NCBI GenBank assembly: GCA_033442325.1
Contig: JAWQFM010000020.1
Span: forward strand, 747,233-811,232
Direction of reading: 5' to 3'
From: Salpingoeca rosetta
Lineage: Eukaryota > Protista > Choanoflagellata
DNA length: 64,000 bases
The notes under the pieces were generated by a model. That model saw nothing but the letters and a program-made list of their open reading frames with translations, was not told the DNA's origin and made no database searches. Of this stretch, positions 31,503 through 43,680 are shown one piece after another. Position 1 is the stretch's first letter. Every line of letters begins with the position of its first letter. Both the position numbers and the translations under genes were made by a program.

Positions 31503-31927
31503 CACACACACACATGCACACACGTACCAACGAGGTGTTGGGCGATGAGCAAGTCCGACTCCAACAACGGCTGGTAGCGCGCCGCCTTCCTTGAGAGCTG
31601 TCGCTGTGATGCCGCCTGCACGCCGTTGCATGCGGTGGTGGTGGTGTGCTTGGTGCTCTGTTGCCAGGCCTCGTATTCTGGGCGATGCATGCGTAGGACG
31701 CGGTCGAGCCCGTGTATGCTGTACAGGTAGGCGAGCCCCCACGCCACGAGCACGGTGCGCATGGGGTTGGTGGATGGCACCAGCACAAACGGCGCCATCA
31801 CCGCCAACACCCCACACAGGTGGGCCGCCACCGACCGCCGCCGCCGCAGCTGCAGCCCAGCCGCAGCCGTGAGACTCGTGATGAGGCACACACCCGCCAC
31901 CACCTCCACCCTTCCGCCTTCGTCCAT
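29587..31927 (-). CDS. Membrane-bound O-acyltransferase, wax-synthase (MBOAT_2) type
   Basis: [26 protein letters not shown] and TFFMSGVVH (catalytic-His motif), followed by [12 protein letters not shown]; many hydrophobic segments; multi-exon. Confidence 0.82.
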
Positions 31928-32346
31928 GCTGAGAAGGTCGAGCCTGTTGTCACATGCGGTGTATGTGTCTCAAATGGTGGTTGTTGTGATGGGTGGTAGG
32001 GTGCAAGTTCGCGTGCGTGTGTTTGTCGTTCACGAACGTCACACACAGTAAACACATTTCGCGTGACGAGGCACTCCTACCTCGATATCTGTTGCTGATG
32101 TCTGAGATCTCTCTTGCTGTGCCTCATGTTACATTATTGATCCCTCCTCGTCTTCAGGCCTCCCTCTCGGATCTTCTTCGTCCAGCTAACACCAGAACAC
32201 TCTGGTGTACTGCACGACAAACAGCATACGCATACGTTTATTGGCGGTCACAATCACAAGCAGTAATCAAAGTGCATCACATCACGCTCTCCCTCACCTC
32301 GCCCCTTTGCACATCATCACCATCAGCGTATCAGCGTCTATGTATC

Positions 32347-32755
32347 TCAATGCTGCCTTTGCTGCTGGCTGGCTTGCGCACTGTTCTGCTTCTGTGGTGG
32401 ACTGGGTAAGGAGCGACGAGGCCGGCGCTGTTGCGAGGAGTGCGGGGACTGCTGGGACTGCTGCCGATCTGGGTGCTGCTCCTGGTGTACCGCAGGACGC
32501 TGTACCGCATCATCTGCCTGCAGCGAAGGTGCAGAGGTGCCCAGACCGTCTCCTGCTTGCGCTGGCTTTTGCTGTCGGCCCTCCCAAACGTCACCCTCAC
32601 CCGCTGCCACGCTGTCCTGTTGTATTTGTCCCGCTGCAAGCTGTTGCCCACGCGTGCTCAACGGTTTTTGTGTGCTTTGTGGCACGTCGCCTTTGGTTCC
32701 TCCCTCGCACTGCGACCCATGACCAGGATGACGCTTCGCCCCTTCCTGCTCCTGC

Positions 32756-32789
<34 letters not shown>

Positions 32790-33486
32790 TGCACCCCTGC
32801 TGCTTGCACCCCTGCTGCTCCTGTTGCTCGCTCTCGTCAGCCCAGGCCATGATGCCCTTTGTGCCTGGTGCGCGCGGGCCGCTGCTTGGTGGCGGCGCTG
32901 GCAAGCGACGGTGCCCAGACCCTACACGATAGACAACCATCAGCGTGGGTTGTTGGGAGAGGGGATGAGGAGAGAGTACGTGCGGATGCGGGGTCACTGC
33001 AGAAGCAACGCGACAGCGGCAATCACGCGGGCGACAACAAAACCATCCAAACGATGGAAAGGGGGCGCACGAGAGAGCAAACTCATGTGAAACGAGTACC
33101 CAATTCGCACACAAGTCATGTCACCGCACCACTGCGCTCGCTGCGGGAAGGGTTGTCGCTGTAAGCGGTGTTGTTGTTGTACGCGGCCATCTGCCGCCCT
33201 TTGCCCGATGTGACTGCAGTCCTCATTCGATTTAGCTGTTGGATGGTGTATGCAGGGGGAGTAGGGATGAACAGCAGGTATGAGTTGAGTGTTTAATCTT
33301 ACAACACATTGATGCGAAGCGAAGGAAGAGAAGGAGGAGCACTGGACACACAGGTTTGCACACAGGCTTGCACACAGGTTTGCACTCACTCACTCACTCG
33401 CTTGCTCACTCACTCACTCACTCACTCACTCACTCACTCACTCACTCACTCACTCACTCACTCACTCACTCAACTCACTCAACTCA

Positions 33487-33540
<54 letters not shown>

Positions 33541-34585
33541 CACACACGCACGCACGCGCATGCAAACACACCTCGAGGTTATTGATGTTGTCGACGTTGC
33601 GACCGACACGGCAGCACACGACAATGCATGCGATGATGGCGAGGAATAGCAGGCCGCCAATGACAGAGCCTAATCCACACAGGGCACAGGAGAGGCGTAG
33701 TGAGCAGCGTAGTGAGGACAAAGCGGGTGCCCACAGTGATGTGGCGCTGTGATGGCAGCAGAGATGGCGCATTTCCTGTACAGTCTTGTCACATTACCAA
33801 TGGCTTCTTTGAAACGAGCCACTGGAAACACAGACATAGAGACATGGATCTCACACATTCACGCACATTCACGCAAGTACATTCACGCAAGCGCATGCAT
33901 ACATCCACACACATGCACACAGCACAGGCACACACAAATTTACAAACATTGACACATGCACACGCGTGTCTGACCCAATATTATGTACAGCGTGGACTTT
34001 GGGATGGCGTCCTGGCTTCCTTCTGGACTTGCAGTCGAGGTTGTGCCCATGCCCTCGCCTGAACACCCAAGACGCAAGACACGCATGAGAGAAAACACAG
34101 TGGGGTCACAGGAGGAAACTGTTGTTTATTATTATTTCGGCGCAGTCTACGCAAGCAAATCCCAGCAGCGCACAACCCAACGTACGCGTGATGGTGATAA
34201 CGTTGTCTGGCCTGAGCGTGATGAGCGGCATTTGCCTGAACGACAGTAACGGTGACAGCAGCAACCACAAGTGTGAGTTCATGAACGAGCACATTAACAT
34301 GCGTGCACATGCAAGAAGAAGGAGCCACAACAGCAACGACAGCATCGACAACTTGAACAACAGCAACGCATACATGCATGTGCATTCACACACACACACA
34401 CACACAAACACAAACACTCGCACACACACACACGCACACACAGACACGTACGGCGATGAGGATGTTGTTGAGGAAGCATCGTCTTGGCAGTGGCACGATG
34501 GCACAAGCACAGCGAGCACGCACAAGCCAACCGCAGCAACAACCAGCCACGAGCGCGGCGCTCTTGCTGCCTTTATCGTCCTCAT
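32347..34585 (-). CDS. Orphan type-I single-pass membrane protein (signal peptide, short S/T-rich ectodomain, TM + CC, long disordered tail)
   Basis: Six phase-consistent exons (34585-~34453, ~34235-34186, ~34058-33975, 33669-33572, ~33235-33130, ~32920-32347) give MRTIKAARAPRSWLVVAAVGLCVLAVLVPSCHCQDD...KSTLYIILGSVIGGLLFLAIIACIVVCCRVGR...AAYNNNTAYSDNP...RRLPAPP...RRSLPSPP. Confidence 0.75.
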
Positions 34586-34842
34586 TGTTGCTGTAGTCGC
34601 TTGCTTGCTTGGCAGAGGCACGATTGAATGCACCCCCACCTGCTCCCCACCAGCACCACCTCAACTGCCACCAAACCACGCCACGCAAATCTGCCTGCAA
34701 GCACAGCGGGGGTCAGCGTTGTTGTTGTTGTTGGGTGCGACAAGGGAAACCAAAAAAAAAATTAACATAATGAGGCAGCACACAAAAAAATCGGACACCA
34801 CCCACAACAACAACAACAACAAAACACAACGCACATGCAGAG

Positions 34843-36817
34843 ATGGTGCTGCCTGCGGATGTGGATGGGTGGCTTGAGGCTGCGTGCGATGTGCTGGTGG
34901 AGTTCCAGCACATGCACCGCACCAACATGGTGAACGCACTGCAGGACGGCGTGTACGACTGCTTGCCGCAAGCATGGATCGACGCCCTTCAATCCCTCGC
35001 AGACATCGCCAGTCGAGACAGCAGCTGTGGTGGTGGTGATGGTGGTGATGGTGGTGAGGAAGAGGGGGACGACGCACGTGATGCACTGTCAATGCAACAA
35101 CACGCACAGCAACAACAACAACACGCACAACAACACGCACAGCAACAACAGCACGCGCAGCAACAACGCAGGACAGTGTTCGATGCAGATGCGTGGTTGA
35201 GTGAGTTTGTGTGGAGGCGCGAGGTGTGGCAGAAACACGCACACAGCTTGCCACAGTATCTGCTCAGTTTCCTGCAACGCGTGCATGACCTCCATCTTGA
35301 CAGAACCCCAAGCAGCACCATCGAAGCGTGCGCATTCCCACAATACTTGCGCCAGGTCAAGGGCTTCTCGCCAAAGAAGGAGCACGAGACCACAAGGCAC
35401 GCGGCGCTGCTCCAGCACATCTGCACGCGCACGCGCGCCGAGATTGTCATTGACGTGGGCTCCGGCAGCGGATACCTGGGCCAGGTGCTGCTCAACACCA
35501 ACCCCGGCTTGGTGGTGGTGGGCATCGAGGGCGACACGAGCGTGCACGAGCTCGCCCTCAAGAAGATGGCGCGCATGTTTCAACTCCAGCACCGGCGCCG
35601 TCACCGCAATCACAACAACACACGCAACAGCCAAACACGCAATAGCAAGGACAATGGGCGGAGCGCCGCTGGCCATAATAGCCACAGTGCCCATGAAACA
35701 ACACCAATGTCAGCACATGTACAGCCACAGGCACCGGCCCCACTCACGCGTATGCTTGCTGTGGAAGGCATCTTCTCTGTTCACACGCCACGCGCCAACC
35801 TGGACGCTATCTCGACAGCGCTGGCATCCGGCGGCGCCCTTTTGCACGCAGACACACGTGCTGAACCACAGCATGGTGATGATTGTGGTGGTGGTCGTCG
35901 TGGTGGTGGTGAACATCGTAGTGGTGGTGGTGGTGGTGATGATGATGGCTGCACACAAACGCGTGATCCTGTAAAGGTGCCACAAACCACACCACAAGGT
36001 ACCCCAACACGAGACGCAGTAGCACCATTATCCTCATCACGGTCAACAACAACGCCAACCACAACAACCACCACTGCAGCTGCGTGTGTGCTGACGTGCC
36101 TGCACGGGTGCGGAGACCTCACGCCCTGCCTGCTGCGTGCCTTTGTGGAGGATGAGCGGTGCCGCGGGCTGGTATCTGTTGGCTGCTGCTACCACGCAAT
36201 CACGCCCGTCTCGGGTCGAGAGAAGGCATGGTACATCAAGCGCAGGAACATAGGACCAGCTTCGTCGTCGTCGTCCCCAACAGTGGCGCCATCGACCTCG
36301 CAGGACGCAAGTGCAACTACCGCAGCACCAACCACGGCACGCGTGCGCGGGGATGATGTGTCAAGCGAATCAACAGACACAACCGCAGCCAAAGCCGCAG
36401 ATGCAATGGAGCAACAGCAAGGAGCGCTGCGAGTGAACACAGCGGTGGACGGAGCCGGCAGCCGCGCACCGCAGTTCTACTCCTTTCCCATGAGCGCGGC
36501 GTTGACGCGGACGCTGGCACTGCGCGGGTTCCACGTGCTGCCGTCGTACTCTCTCAGGCGGGCGGCACAGCATCGCAGGCAGCAAGCGGAGGTGAAAAGG
36601 CACAAGCCGCAGGAAATGCAGAGGGGTGGAGAGCAGGAAGAGAAGGCAGGTGCTGTCAAGGACGTCAGTGGGCGGTTTGGAGCAACATCCTTGCATGTTG
36701 CGTCAACACTCTATCGCAACGTGATGGAGGACACAAAACGGAAGCACCCAACCTGGACCATTGTGAACCCCACCGTCCACGTCGTCCTGTCAGTATTCAA
36801 CTCACAGTATTGCTGCC

Positions 36818-36885
<68 letters not shown>

Positions 36886-37497
36886 CGTGCGTGTGTGTGT
36901 GTGTGATGTGTGTGTGTGTGTGTGTGCGTGCGTGTGTGTGTGTGTGTCTGTGTGTGTCTGTGTGTGTGTGTACATTGTCACAGTCGACGACTGCTTCTTA
37001 CCAGCAGCATCGCTCCACCCAAACAAACACACATACACATGACAGAAAACGTGATTGTCGGAGCTTTGACGATTATCTTCGCGCTGTGCTCGGCAAAAGG
37101 TGTGTTCGCCATCGTCGTGTGTGTGTGTGTGTGTGTGTGTGCGTGCGTGTGTGCGCGTTTGCATAGATGTAATGGCACTAACGTCCTCCCCACACGCGTG
37201 CGTGCATACTGCCGCCATGTGTGTCATCGTGCAGCCGCCTCGTGTGCGCCGAAGAGGATGGTCACACGTTCCGTACCGCACAAGGTGTGTGTGTGTCTGT
37301 GTGTCTGTGTGTGTCTGTGTGTGTGTGTATGTACATGCGCGTATTCGAATGTTTGATGGCTCTGTTCTCTGCACGTGTGTGTCTGTGTCTGTGTGACTTT
37401 GCAGCGGACCTGCACCACCGGTTCGAGTGGGCGCACGAGTCGCTGCTTCCGCTCTTGGACGAGGTCTGTAATGCGTGTCTGTGTGTGTGTGTGTGTG

Positions 37498-37558
<61 letters not shown>

Positions 37559-38052
37559 GTGTTTGAAAATATGTGCGTCCGCATCATGGCATTCTATGCT
37601 TCAAGCTGTGTGACATCATGAAACCTCGCCTCACACCCTTGTGAATGGTTGCTGACAACAAACCCATCCAGCTTGTGCACACGTACGAAAGCGTCGCACA
37701 CATCCGCTCGCGAATTGCCGTTTTCCTCGCCCTGCAGGTGTGTGGGTGGGGGTGCTTTGTGCCAGGACTATTGTGTGTACCCACTTGTATCACGCTTTCC
37801 TTGTTTCCCTTGCTCCCATCTCACCTCTAAGCTTGCAATTGTTTCGCCCTCACGCACACACACGCGCGCGCGCATGCATTTGTCACGTCTCCGCCGCTGC
37901 AGCCGCTGCTTGAGGCGTTGATTGAGGACGTGATTGTCGTGGACAGATGCCAGTTCATTGCCGAATCTGTGCCCACAGCAACAGTTGCTCTCGTTCCCCT
38001 CTTTGATCAGCACATCAGCCCACGCTGCTTTGCCATCGTTGCAACCAGATAG
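34843..38052 (+). CDS. METTL25: Methyltransferase-like 25 family (METTL25/RRNAD1) SAM-dependent methyltransferase
   Basis: [23 protein letters not shown] (motif I), [23 protein letters not shown]; last exon [34 protein letters not shown]. Confidence 0.88.
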
Positions 38053-38461
38053 CACAATGTGTGTGTGTGTGTGTGTGTGTCTGTGTGTGTGTCTGTCTGT
38101 GTGTGTGTGTGTCTGTGTCTGTGTGTCTGTCTGTCTGTGTGTGTGTGTTTGTGTCTGTGTGTCCCTGTGTGCGTACGTATCTGTGTGTGTGTTTGTGTGA
38201 GTGTCTGTTGTTGCTACAGACTGGCCACACGGAGCATGCTAATGCGTGCATTTCATGGATGTGTATTGCTTTGCCACAACTTGATTTGTGATTCGGACGC
38301 AGTTGTCGTTAGATCAAGCATCACGGCACAATGAATGAAGCATCGTGGCGGAAGCACAACAGCATCGAAGAGCAGCGGTGTGACGGAAGGCGTGGACCAG
38401 CAAACAGCGGCACCACGCGGTAACAGAGACACACACGAAGAGGAGGACAACAGCGGCAGAA

Positions 38462-38553
<92 letters not shown>

Positions 38554-38568
38554 CGTGCTCTTGTGTGT

Positions 38569-38812
38569 TCATGGGCAGAAGAGGGGAATGCCGTACCAGT
38601 CGTTTGGACGCAGGTAGTGGAAGTTGCGGTCAAGAGCCGCAATCTTCTGCATGTCCTCCTCATCCAACTCAAAACCCACAGACTCGATGTTCTGGTCACA
38701 GCGCAGTTGCGTGTTGTTGTTGGAAGTGAGGCCGGGCGAGGAGATGCAAGGGGAAGGGGCTTACACAGCACAGGCACAACGCGATAAGCCGTCGAGGAGT
38801 GCAGCACATTGG

Positions 38813-38864
<52 letters not shown>

Positions 38865-39018
38865 GGCGGATGCGGTGGTCGTGCGTGGACTTTGGAATGA
38901 CGACGGTCCCGCGCTGCACCGCCCAGCGAATGCACACCTGCACAGAAGGGGAGGTGGTGGTCGCGTTTGTGGTTGGTGGTGGTGGATGAGAAACAACGCA
39001 AAGTGGTGCAAACGCGCG

Positions 39019-39077
<59 letters not shown>

Positions 39078-40604
39078 CACGCACCTGGGCGGGGGTCTTG
39101 CCGTGCTTGGCAGCAATGGCGGCGAGGACGGGGTCCTGCAGGAGAACATCGCCGCCCGTCCAGCTGTGGTTGGAGCCTGTGCCCAGTGGCGAATACGCGG
39201 TCATGGCAATGCCGAGGCGCCTGGCGTACTCGCACAGCGCGGGCTGCTGGCAGTACGGGTGCATCTCGTTCTGGATCACGGCGGGCTTGATCTTGGCGTA
39301 TGTCATGATGTCGTGGACAATGATGGCAGGGACGTTGCTCAGCCCAATATGCTTGACGAGGCCTGCCTCCACGCACGCCTCCATCGCCTCCCACGTCTCG
39401 CGGATGGAGACGCTGTGGTCGACCTTTGCTGCGCCCGGGTTGGCCGCCTGTGTCACCTCCTGCAGCTCGCTCAGGCCGTCTGGGTCATACGTCTCGTGGA
39501 AGCCGCGCTTCGTGCCGTCATAGGGCACGTACTTGAACGCCACGGGCCAGTGCATCAGCCACAGGTCTTGGGCGAGCAGGTGGTGAGGGTGGGGAAGGTG
39601 GAATTGGGGCAGGAAGGCCGTGTGGGAGGTGCAATGAGTGGGAGGCACAGGTAGGCACGAGCGGGGCACGAGGTGACCAGCGGGTGAGAGGGGAGAACAC
39701 ACGGACACACACGCGCAGGCATACACGGACGTGCGCGCGTACGTGGACACGCACAGGCATACACGTACGCACGCGCGTACGTGGACACACACAAACAAAC
39801 ACACACACAAACAAGCAAGCAAGCAAACTCACCGAGATGGTCGAGGCGGAGGTCGAGCAGCGTCTTCTTGAGGTGTGGCATGACGTGTTCCTTGTGGTGG
39901 TACGGGTTGTTCAGTTTGCCGGTGATCCACAGGTCTTCGCGCTTCACCGCGCCACTCTCAAACAGCTCCGCCAGCGCATCCCCAATCTCATCTGTGTTGC
40001 GGGTGACCCAGCGGGGCATGTGAAGCGGGGACACACCAGTGGGGAGGGGGGTCATGAGTACGAATGACTGTATGAAAGGGGGGTCAGTGTCGCAGAAGAA
40101 AGGAATAGAAACAGAGTTGCGTCGGGAGTGTCGCACAACACACACGCACATACACACACATGTACACACATACACGCACACACATACACACACATGTACA
40201 CACATACACACACGCACACACATACACACATTCACGCACATATACACACACACAAGCAGTCACAGCAAGATCGACCTTCGTTGAGGTAGTTGCTGGCGCA
40301 GTCGAGGTGCCTGTATCCGCACTCGGTCACAGCATATTTGACAGCAGCGCCAACCTTGCCCTTCTCGGCCTTCCAGGTGCCTAGCCCAACCTGCACATGA
40401 TTGCCGTCGATAAATTATACAGTACACGACAACAACACGACAACGACAGGATGGATGGCGTGGTCAGAGAAAGTGTGGTGCTGCAGTGCGTCGTCACATG
40501 TCGCATTCCTCTCGTGCAGTGAGGAAGGGCTGTGGTGTCACCCACCAGCGCACCTGAGGAAAGGATGCACCAGAGTGCAGCTTGATGACAGGCACAGCGC
40601 TCAT
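38569..40604 (-). CDS. Aldo-keto reductase (NADPH-dependent)
   Basis: [21 protein letters not shown] (Asp/Tyr), ITGKL (Lys), LMHWPVAF (His), [39 protein letters not shown]. The catalytic tetrad is intact. Confidence 0.96.
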
Positions 40605-40772
40605 TGTTTGTTGCAGTGTTCTGGCTTGTTTGTGTTTGGGGAAAACTTGTGGAAATCTCACGCAATTCTCCGCGCCTTCCAAGCACCTGAAACCATTTCA
40701 CGCTGCTTGCGTCCACTGACTTGTGTCCTGACGTGGAGAGCAAGCCAGCAGAAGAGCAGAAGGAGCAGAACC

Positions 40773-41240
40773 ATGGCCGACGGCAATGATGAGCACCGCC
40801 TGACGGACGGCGTGTCTGTGGAGGCGGTCAAGACCTTCCTCGCAGACCTGACGAAGGAGTTCCCCGACACTTACACCGAAATGACCACGGAGGATGCCTG
40901 CAAGCAGCTCGTGGTGCCACGCACACGCCAGGACAACTGCGCCTACGTCGACCTCTTGCGCAAGCAGTCATCACATGAACACGTGAACAAGGCCACTGTG
41001 TTTGTGTCGCACGCGTGGCGATACAAGATCGCAGACGTGCTCAACGTGCTGCTGGAGTTTGCAGAGGAGCAAAGAGCAAGCAAGGAAGACGGCCAGCCCG
41101 TGTTCTTCTGGTTTGACCTCTTCATGAACAACCAAAACGCCAATGTCACCGCCAACCTCCCACAAGAGTGGTACGTCTATGTGTGTGTGTGTGTGTGTAT
41201 GTGTGTATGTGTGTGTGTGTGTGTGCGTGTGTGTGTGTGT

Positions 41241-41277
<37 letters not shown>

Positions 41278-42982
41278 CGTGTGTGTGTGTGCAGCTGTGT
41301 GTGGTTTGGTAGTGCAATGTTTCTTGCACACGCCCTCACACGCACTCTCCTCTCACACGCCCTCTCCTCTCCTCTTCCCCCCCCCACCACACAACAGGTG
41401 GAGCACGACGTTCAAGGAGTCGATTGCCAACATTGGGCGCGTGCTGTTGGTGTTGATGCCGTGGCGTGACCCCGTTCCACTGACGCGCGCGTGGTGCCTG
41501 TGGGAAATCTTCTGCGGCATCAGCAACGAGGGCACAGAGGTCACCATCCGCCTGCCCAACAGCGAGGAGAAGGCGCTGGAAGAGGCCATCCGCGGCGACT
41601 TTGAGGCAGTGACCGACACGCTGGTGCGCGTGCAGGCAGAGCGGGCAGAGGCCTTCAACCCGCGCGACAAGGACATGATCTTCGAGGCCATCCAGCACGG
41701 GGTTGGCTTTGCGGCTCTCAACCAGGCTGTGAAGGACCAGCTGCGCGCGTGGTGCCTGGAGAAGGCGGTAGCTGCGGTGGAGGCCATGCGAGCACAGGGT
41801 GAAGATGAGACAGAGGCCTTCGCGGGGTTGTGTCTCAACGTTGGGCTGGTGCTGAAGGAGTATGGCGAGCACGATGGCGCAATCACGTGCTTCAAGGCAG
41901 CCCTGCCGATTTTCCTGCGAACCGAAGGGGAGAAGGGAGAGAACGTGGCGGGGTTGTACCACAACCTCGGCATCGCGTACCACAGCAAGGGCGACTACGA
42001 CAGGGCCATTGAGCTGTATGAGAAGGCCCTCACCGTCTTCGTGGAGACGCTGGGTGAGAAGCACCCGAGTACAGCCACGTCGTACCTCGGCCTTGGCAAT
42101 GCATACGACAGCAAAGGCGAGCACGACAGGGCGATTGCATGTTTCGAGAAGGCCCTCGGCATCCAGGTCGAGACATTGGGTGAGAAGCACCCGAGCATAG
42201 CGGATTCGTACCTGGGCCTTGGCATCGCCTATCGCAGCAAAGGCGACTTCGACAAGGCCATCCACTTCTACGAGAAGGCCCTTGCCATCAAGGTAGAGGC
42301 GCTGGGTAAGAAGCACCCGAGTACAGCCACGTCGTGCAACAACCTTGGTGAAGCATGCTACAGCAAGGGCGACTACGACAGGGCGATTGCATGTTACGAG
42401 AAGGCCCTCGCCATCCAGGTCGAGACATTGGGTGAGAAGCACCCGGCAACAGCGGTAACGCTCGTCAACATTGGCCGGGTGCACAACCAAACGGGTGGCA
42501 ACGAGCGGGCCTGCGCTTACATGCAACAGGCGCTCGCCATCGAGGTGGAGGCGTTGGGCGAGAAGCACCCAAGCACAGCAAACACTTGCATCAATCTCGG
42601 CTTTGTCTACGCCAGCAAGGGCGAGTACGACAAGGCCATCCGCTACTACGAGAAGGCGCTCGCCATCCGGGTGGAGACGTTGGGCGAGAAGCACCCGACC
42701 ACAGCCACGTCGTACTTCACTCTCGGCCTGCTGCACGACGAGCGTGGCAACAAGGAGCGGGCCTGCGCTTGCATCCAACACGCGCTCGACGTTCGCACAG
42801 CCATCCTCGGGCCAGACCACCCCAGCACACGCAAGGCGGAGCGCGAACTGCAGCGCATTCGCGGCGGTGATTCCAAGACAAAACAGGACTGGGTACTGTT
42901 TGCAGTCTGCTGCCCGTGCATCCTTGCGGCTGCGCCATTTTTCTGCATGTACCACTGCGCAAAGCAGGTGTGTACGAAATGA
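40773..42982 (+). CDS. TIR/HET-like N-terminal domain + 42-aa TPR array + Cys-rich hydrophobic tail
   Basis: Exons ~40773-41170 and ~41399-42982. Domain motifs VFVSHAW, FFWFDLF, TFKESIANIGRVLLVL and LTRAWCLWEIF, then about 8 kinesin-light-chain-type repeats (LGEKHPSTATSYxxLGxAYxSKGDYDRAIxxYEKALAI). Confidence 0.9.
41810..42860 (+). repeat. Coding tandem repeat, 126-bp unit (TPR array)
   Basis: Recurring gggtgagaagcacccgag/ggcgagaagcaccc at 126-nt spacing (e.g. ~42052, 42178, 42304, 42430, 42556, 42682). Confidence 0.9.
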
Positions 42983-43187
42983 GTTGACAAGTTCCTCAGT
43001 TCCTTCCTTCCTCCCTCCCTCCCTTATGTTACAATGTTGTTCATGTCCGCAGATCTATGCGTCTTGTGTTTGTCTTCCTTTCCCACTGATTACAGCGTCA
43101 TGCACACGCACAGCCCGCCGTGAGAGTGCAAATGCAAACACATCGGTGCCTCGTTGAACATTCAGCAGCTCATGGTGCTGCAGCGTG

Positions 43188-43230
<43 letters not shown>

Positions 43231-43429
43231 GTGTGCATGTGTGTGTGATGTGAAATGATGCACGTGTGCTGTGGGCTCCTTCATTGTTCGCTGACTTGCT
43301 TGATTGGAGGAGCGTTTACTGGGCGTGGATGCCGCAATGAGCAAGCTGAACGAGGCCATGCCATGCGCCATGCCATGTCATGTCAAGTGACAGCGCACGA
43401 GCAATGAAGGGGGGGGGGGGTTATGGGTG

Positions 43430-43644
43430 CTAGTCCGCAGAGGGGAGGGCCTGGCGGTATGTCGTTCGCGAGATGGACAGGGTCTTGTGCAGTCGTCGGT
43501 CGGGTACAGCTTCCACAGCACGTGCCTTTCAGTTTGCATGTCGTGCGTGTCCGTGATGGGTACGTGATGTGGTGAGGGCGAGGGCGTGGCCGAGGGTGGG
43601 GACGGCAGGTGTTATCATACACACACACACATACACACACACAG

Positions 43645-43680
<36 letters not shown>

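Noticed and set aside
41336-42955. 539-aa antisense ORF over the TPR gene, and a 606-aa antisense ORF over the Helitron Rep (60592-62412)
   Set aside because: Expected from strong GC3 codon bias; no recognisable protein features.
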